Shown here piece by piece: positions 35,531-38,282 of a stretch of 38,282 nt of DNA. Source of the DNA: a virus (Duplodnaviria; Caudoviricetes). The DNA is taken from positions 1 through 38,282 of the IMG/VR virus record IMGVR_UViG_3300012942_000024; one strand, given 5' to 3'. The position numbers and the translations under genes are program-made. Below the pieces are notes generated by a model. The model saw only the letters and a list, made by a program, of their open reading frames with translations, had not been told where the DNA came from and did no database searches. The stretch's first letter is position 1; every line of letters starts with the position of its first letter.

Positions 35531-35892
35531 ACGCCCTCCCCATCCTAACCGGCCCCGGTGATAGCTACGACTGGCGCCACGACGAACTGGCGGCGCGAGA
35601 CAAGCGAATCGACGCCGCCGCAAAGGTCATCGACGCAGATACGGATCGCGTGATCGAACTGTTCCTGGACGAGGCCATCCACTTGCAGCGCGACGGCAAG
35701 GGCAACGGCCACATCGAAATGATTGCCGCAGCCGTAGCCGCAATGAACGCATGGCCCGCTATCGAAAAGCTGGGCAATCAGCCGCTGACCCTGGACGAAC
35801 AAAAGACGCTTCCCGCACTGTTCCGGGCCATCCGCCCGCTGATTGATGAGCGTGCCGTGCTGGTTCGCCAAGCGGCGGAGTTGGAAGCATGA
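35527..35892 (+). CDS. Hypothetical protein
   Basis: 121 aa with RBS. Confidence 0.7.
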   Translation: MNALPILTGPGDSYDWRHDELAARDKRIDAAAKVIDADTDRVIELFLDEAIHLQRDGKGNGHIEMIAAAVAAMNAWPAIEKLGNQPLTLDEQKTLPALFRAIRPLIDERAVLVRQAAELEA

Positions 35893-36158
35893 AGCCCTGG
35901 CCCACATTCCGCCACGTCATCACCGTTCTGCTGCTGATCGACGCAGGCATATGCGGCCTTGTCTGGGCTGCGCTGAAATTCGCGAATTAAGGAGTGCCGA
36001 GTGATCCAGATTCTTTCCATCGTCGCCGGGATTCCGGCTAACGATCCAGATTACACGCCTCCGGCAGTGAGTGCCGCAGCGTGAACGTCATTCGAAAAAT
36101 CCGCCTAAAAGTAAAGCCAGAGTCAAGCTGTTGGGCCAGCTATGCAGAGGTGTGCGTG

Positions 36159-36704
36159 ATGAGTGACGTAGTTGAGTTTGTCGAGTTTCCGAAAATGCCG
36201 CGCCTGTCGCGGGAGATCATCGTCACTGAAAAGATCGACGGCACGAACGCGCAAATATTCATTGGCGAGAACGGCGAGTTTCTGACCGGCAGCCGTACCC
36301 GCTGGATCACGCCCGAATCTGACAACTTCGGCTTCTCCGCATGGGCACACGATCACAAGGACGAGCTGTTGCAGCTTGGGCCTGGTCGCCACTTCGGGGA
36401 ATGGTGGGGAGCTGGCATACAGCGGCGCTACGGGCTCACCGAAAAGCGCTTTTCCCTGTTCGACACGGACAGGTGGAGTGACGGCGGCCTGCCGGAATGC
36501 TGCCTTGTTGTGCCGACGCTTTATCGCGGCCCGTTCAGTACCGAAGAAATCGACAAGTGTCTCGCTGACCTCGCCGAAAACGGCAGCTACGCCGCGCCCG
36601 GATTCAGTGACCCCGAGGGCATTGTGGTGTTCCACCTCGCCGGACGCGTCGGATTCAAAAAGACGATCAAGAAAGACGACGTGCCGAAAAGCATGGCGGC
36701 ATAA
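36159..36704 (+). CDS. RNA ligase (Rnl2-like nucleotidyltransferase domain)
   Basis: TEKIDGTN (motif I), SR, FGEWWG.GIQ, LFD, EGIVV and terminal K motifs. Confidence 0.85.
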   Translation: MSDVVEFVEFPKMPRLSREIIVTEKIDGTNAQIFIGENGEFLTGSRTRWITPESDNFGFSAWAHDHKDELLQLGPGRHFGEWWGAGIQRRYGLTEKRFSLFDTDRWSDGGLPECCLVVPTLYRGPFSTEEIDKCLADLAENGSYAAPGFSDPEGIVVFHLAGRVGFKKTIKKDDVPKSMAA

Positions 36705-36749
36705 CCCCTACGCCAGCCAACGCTAAACGGCTGGCAGATGTTCGATTTA

Positions 36750-36908
36750 TGGCAGTGAATGCGCAGGCTGATGCGCTGGCCGCAGAGAGCGGGAGAAGTA
36801 GGCAGCGTCACCGAAAGCACCGGTCGAAATGAAGGCTCCTGACTGACGCATTGAGCCGACTGGGATACCCCCGCCAAGCCGGAGATCAGCACCGGCCACT
36901 GCCACCCA
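36750..36908 (+). ncRNA. tRNA-like structured RNA with a long central arm and a possible kissing loop
   Basis: TGGCAGTG/CACTGCCA closing stem; GCGCA-GGCTGA-TGCGC and GCCGG-AGATCAGCA-CCGGC arms with complementary loops; intergenic. Confidence 0.7.
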
Positions 36909-36948
36909 TTCCAAAGCGCGCCGGTCGCTATACCGGCAAGGAATTGAG

Positions 36949-37659
36949 ATGACCAACGTTGCACGAGTTGAGCAGCACCAGGAGCTGGCCGCACCAGCGG
37001 ATGTGTCGCCCATGTTCGCGATGATCGAGCGCGCCGCGCGTGATCCATCCGTGGATATCGACAAGCTGGAACGGTTGATGCAGATGAAAAAGGACGCGGA
37101 TGCGCTGGCCGCTCGCGCCGCGTTCGATGCGTCGATGGCTGACCTTCAGCCCGAGTTGCCGACGATCGGTGAGCGCGGGAATGCAGCTGGACGCTACACC
37201 TACGCGCTATGGGAGGACATCAATGCGGCGATCAAGCCGGTGCTGATGCGCCACGGCTTTGCCCTCACATTCCGAACTGACTTCACAGGCGGAATCAGCA
37301 TCACGGGCGTCCTGTCGCATCGTGCCGGGCATCGCGAAGAGACGACGATCACGCTTCCCGCCGATCCATCCGGCAACAAGAACGCGGTACAGGCTGTCGC
37401 TTCCAGCGTCAGCTACGGCAAGCGGTACACCGCCGGTGCGCTGCTGAACCTGACCAGCCATGGCGAGGATGACGACGCGTTCATGGCCGCTGGCGAGGCC
37501 GATGCCGCCGCCGACTGGTATGCCGCGATTGACTCCGCTGCCGACATGGCTGCATTGCAGGGACTTGCAAACGAACTCAAGAGCGCTGGCCTCAAGGGCG
37601 CCGCCTTGCGCAACGTCCGTGCGGCATGGGCGAAGCGCAGCAAGGAGGTTGCCCAGTGA
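36949..37659 (+). CDS. erf: ERF-family ssDNA annealing protein
   Basis: DIDKLERLM, YALWEDI..AIKPVL..HG, QAVASSVSYGKRY and GEDDD motifs. Confidence 0.9.
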   Translation: MTNVARVEQHQELAAPADVSPMFAMIERAARDPSVDIDKLERLMQMKKDADALAARAAFDASMADLQPELPTIGERGNAAGRYTYALWEDINAAIKPVLMRHGFALTFRTDFTGGISITGVLSHRAGHREETTITLPADPSGNKNAVQAVASSVSYGKRYTAGALLNLTSHGEDDDAFMAAGEADAAADWYAAIDSAADMAALQGLANELKSAGLKGAALRNVRAAWAKRSKEVAQ

Positions 37660-38282
37660 AGGCTAACGAAGCGCAGGAATCCGCCGAGTGGATGGTGTCG
37701 CGTGCCGGCAACTTCACTGCCTCACGCAGCGCCGACTTGATGGCAAAGACGCGCAGCGGCCCCAGCACAAGCCGCGCAAACCTGCTGACTCTGTTGGCCG
37801 TGGAGCGCCTTACCGGCGAATGCGTGCAGACGTACCAGAACGGCGCGATGGCACGCGGCATCGAATTGGAAGCCGAGGCGCGCGATGCCTATGCCTTCGA
37901 GCGCGGCGTGGTGGTCGAGGAATGCGGATATGTGGCCGCTGCTGGCCTGCCCCATACCGGATGCAGCCCTGATGGGCTGATCGGCGCCGATGGACTGCTG
38001 GAAATCAAGTGCCCAGCGTCGATGCAGAAGCACCTGGATGCGCTGCGCACCGGGGCCCATGCCGTCGAGTACCGCTGGCAGTTGCAGCACCAAATGATGG
38101 TTACGGGGCGCGCATGGGTCGATGCGTGCAGCTATGACCCCCGATTCCCGGATGGCCTGCAACTCGCCGTGACACGCGTTCAGCGCGACGAAGCGGCCAT
38201 TGACGAACTGCGCAAGGAAATCGAAAAGGCCGACGCGGAAGTGATCGCGATGGTGGACGAACTCAACAACATGCAGAAGGCA
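37656..38282 (+). CDS. YqaJ/lambda-type exonuclease (continues across the junction to TAA at 127-129)
   Basis: Manual translation: EW...RAG.FTAS, AMARGIELE..AR, GCSPDGL, LEIKCP, Y.WQLQHQM, SYDPRFP. Confidence 0.9.
   Translation, partial: MKANEAQESAEWMVSRAGNFTASRSADLMAKTRSGPSTSRANLLTLLAVERLTGECVQTYQNGAMARGIELEAEARDAYAFERGVVVEECGYVAAAGLPHTGCSPDGLIGADGLLEIKCPASMQKHLDALRTGAHAVEYRWQLQHQMMVTGRAWVDACSYDPRFPDGLQLAVTRVQRDEAAIDELRKEIEKADAEVIAMVDELNNMQKA

Noticed and set aside
36699-36736. GCATAAC plus hairpin after the RNA ligase as another attC
   Set aside because: There are no correctly spaced L boxes or closing GTTRRRY; it is a simple hairpin (GCCAGCC/GGCTGGC)
38160-38282. 123-bp terminal repeat as a biological direct terminal repeat
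   Set aside because: It falls in the middle of the exonuclease gene, far from terS; this is the pattern of an assembler circular overlap

Overview
The window is an apparently complete, circularly assembled ~38.2 kb P22-like (podovirus morphogenesis, lambdoid early region) phage genome; bases 1-123 repeat at 38160-38282. A Xanthomonadales host is plausible but is inference only. The minus strand carries cro, replication (O-like initiator, DnaB), nin-type genes, terminases, portal, scaffold, coat, tail and ejection proteins and lysis genes. The plus strand carries the early-left operon (HNH, RNA ligase, ERF, YqaJ exonuclease, SSB-like protein, accessory genes, xis, int). The main finding is an integron-type gene-cassette array at ~803-3135: six canonical attC sites plus an attI-like boundary, with no intI gene. 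All attC sites are on the minus strand while every cassette ORF is on the plus strand, and the cassette ends show the reciprocal R''/R' complementarity expected of IntI-assembled cassettes. One cassette looks like a structured non-coding RNA. The phage also appears to have lost lysogeny: the integrase lacks its catalytic C-terminus, and the repressor is split by a 254-bp insert carrying inverted 9-bp iteron-like repeats. Other notable items are a tRNA-like RNA next to an RNA ligase, a 12-bp late-promoter-like motif in four copies, and a glycosyltransferase and a hydroxylase within the morphogenesis genes.
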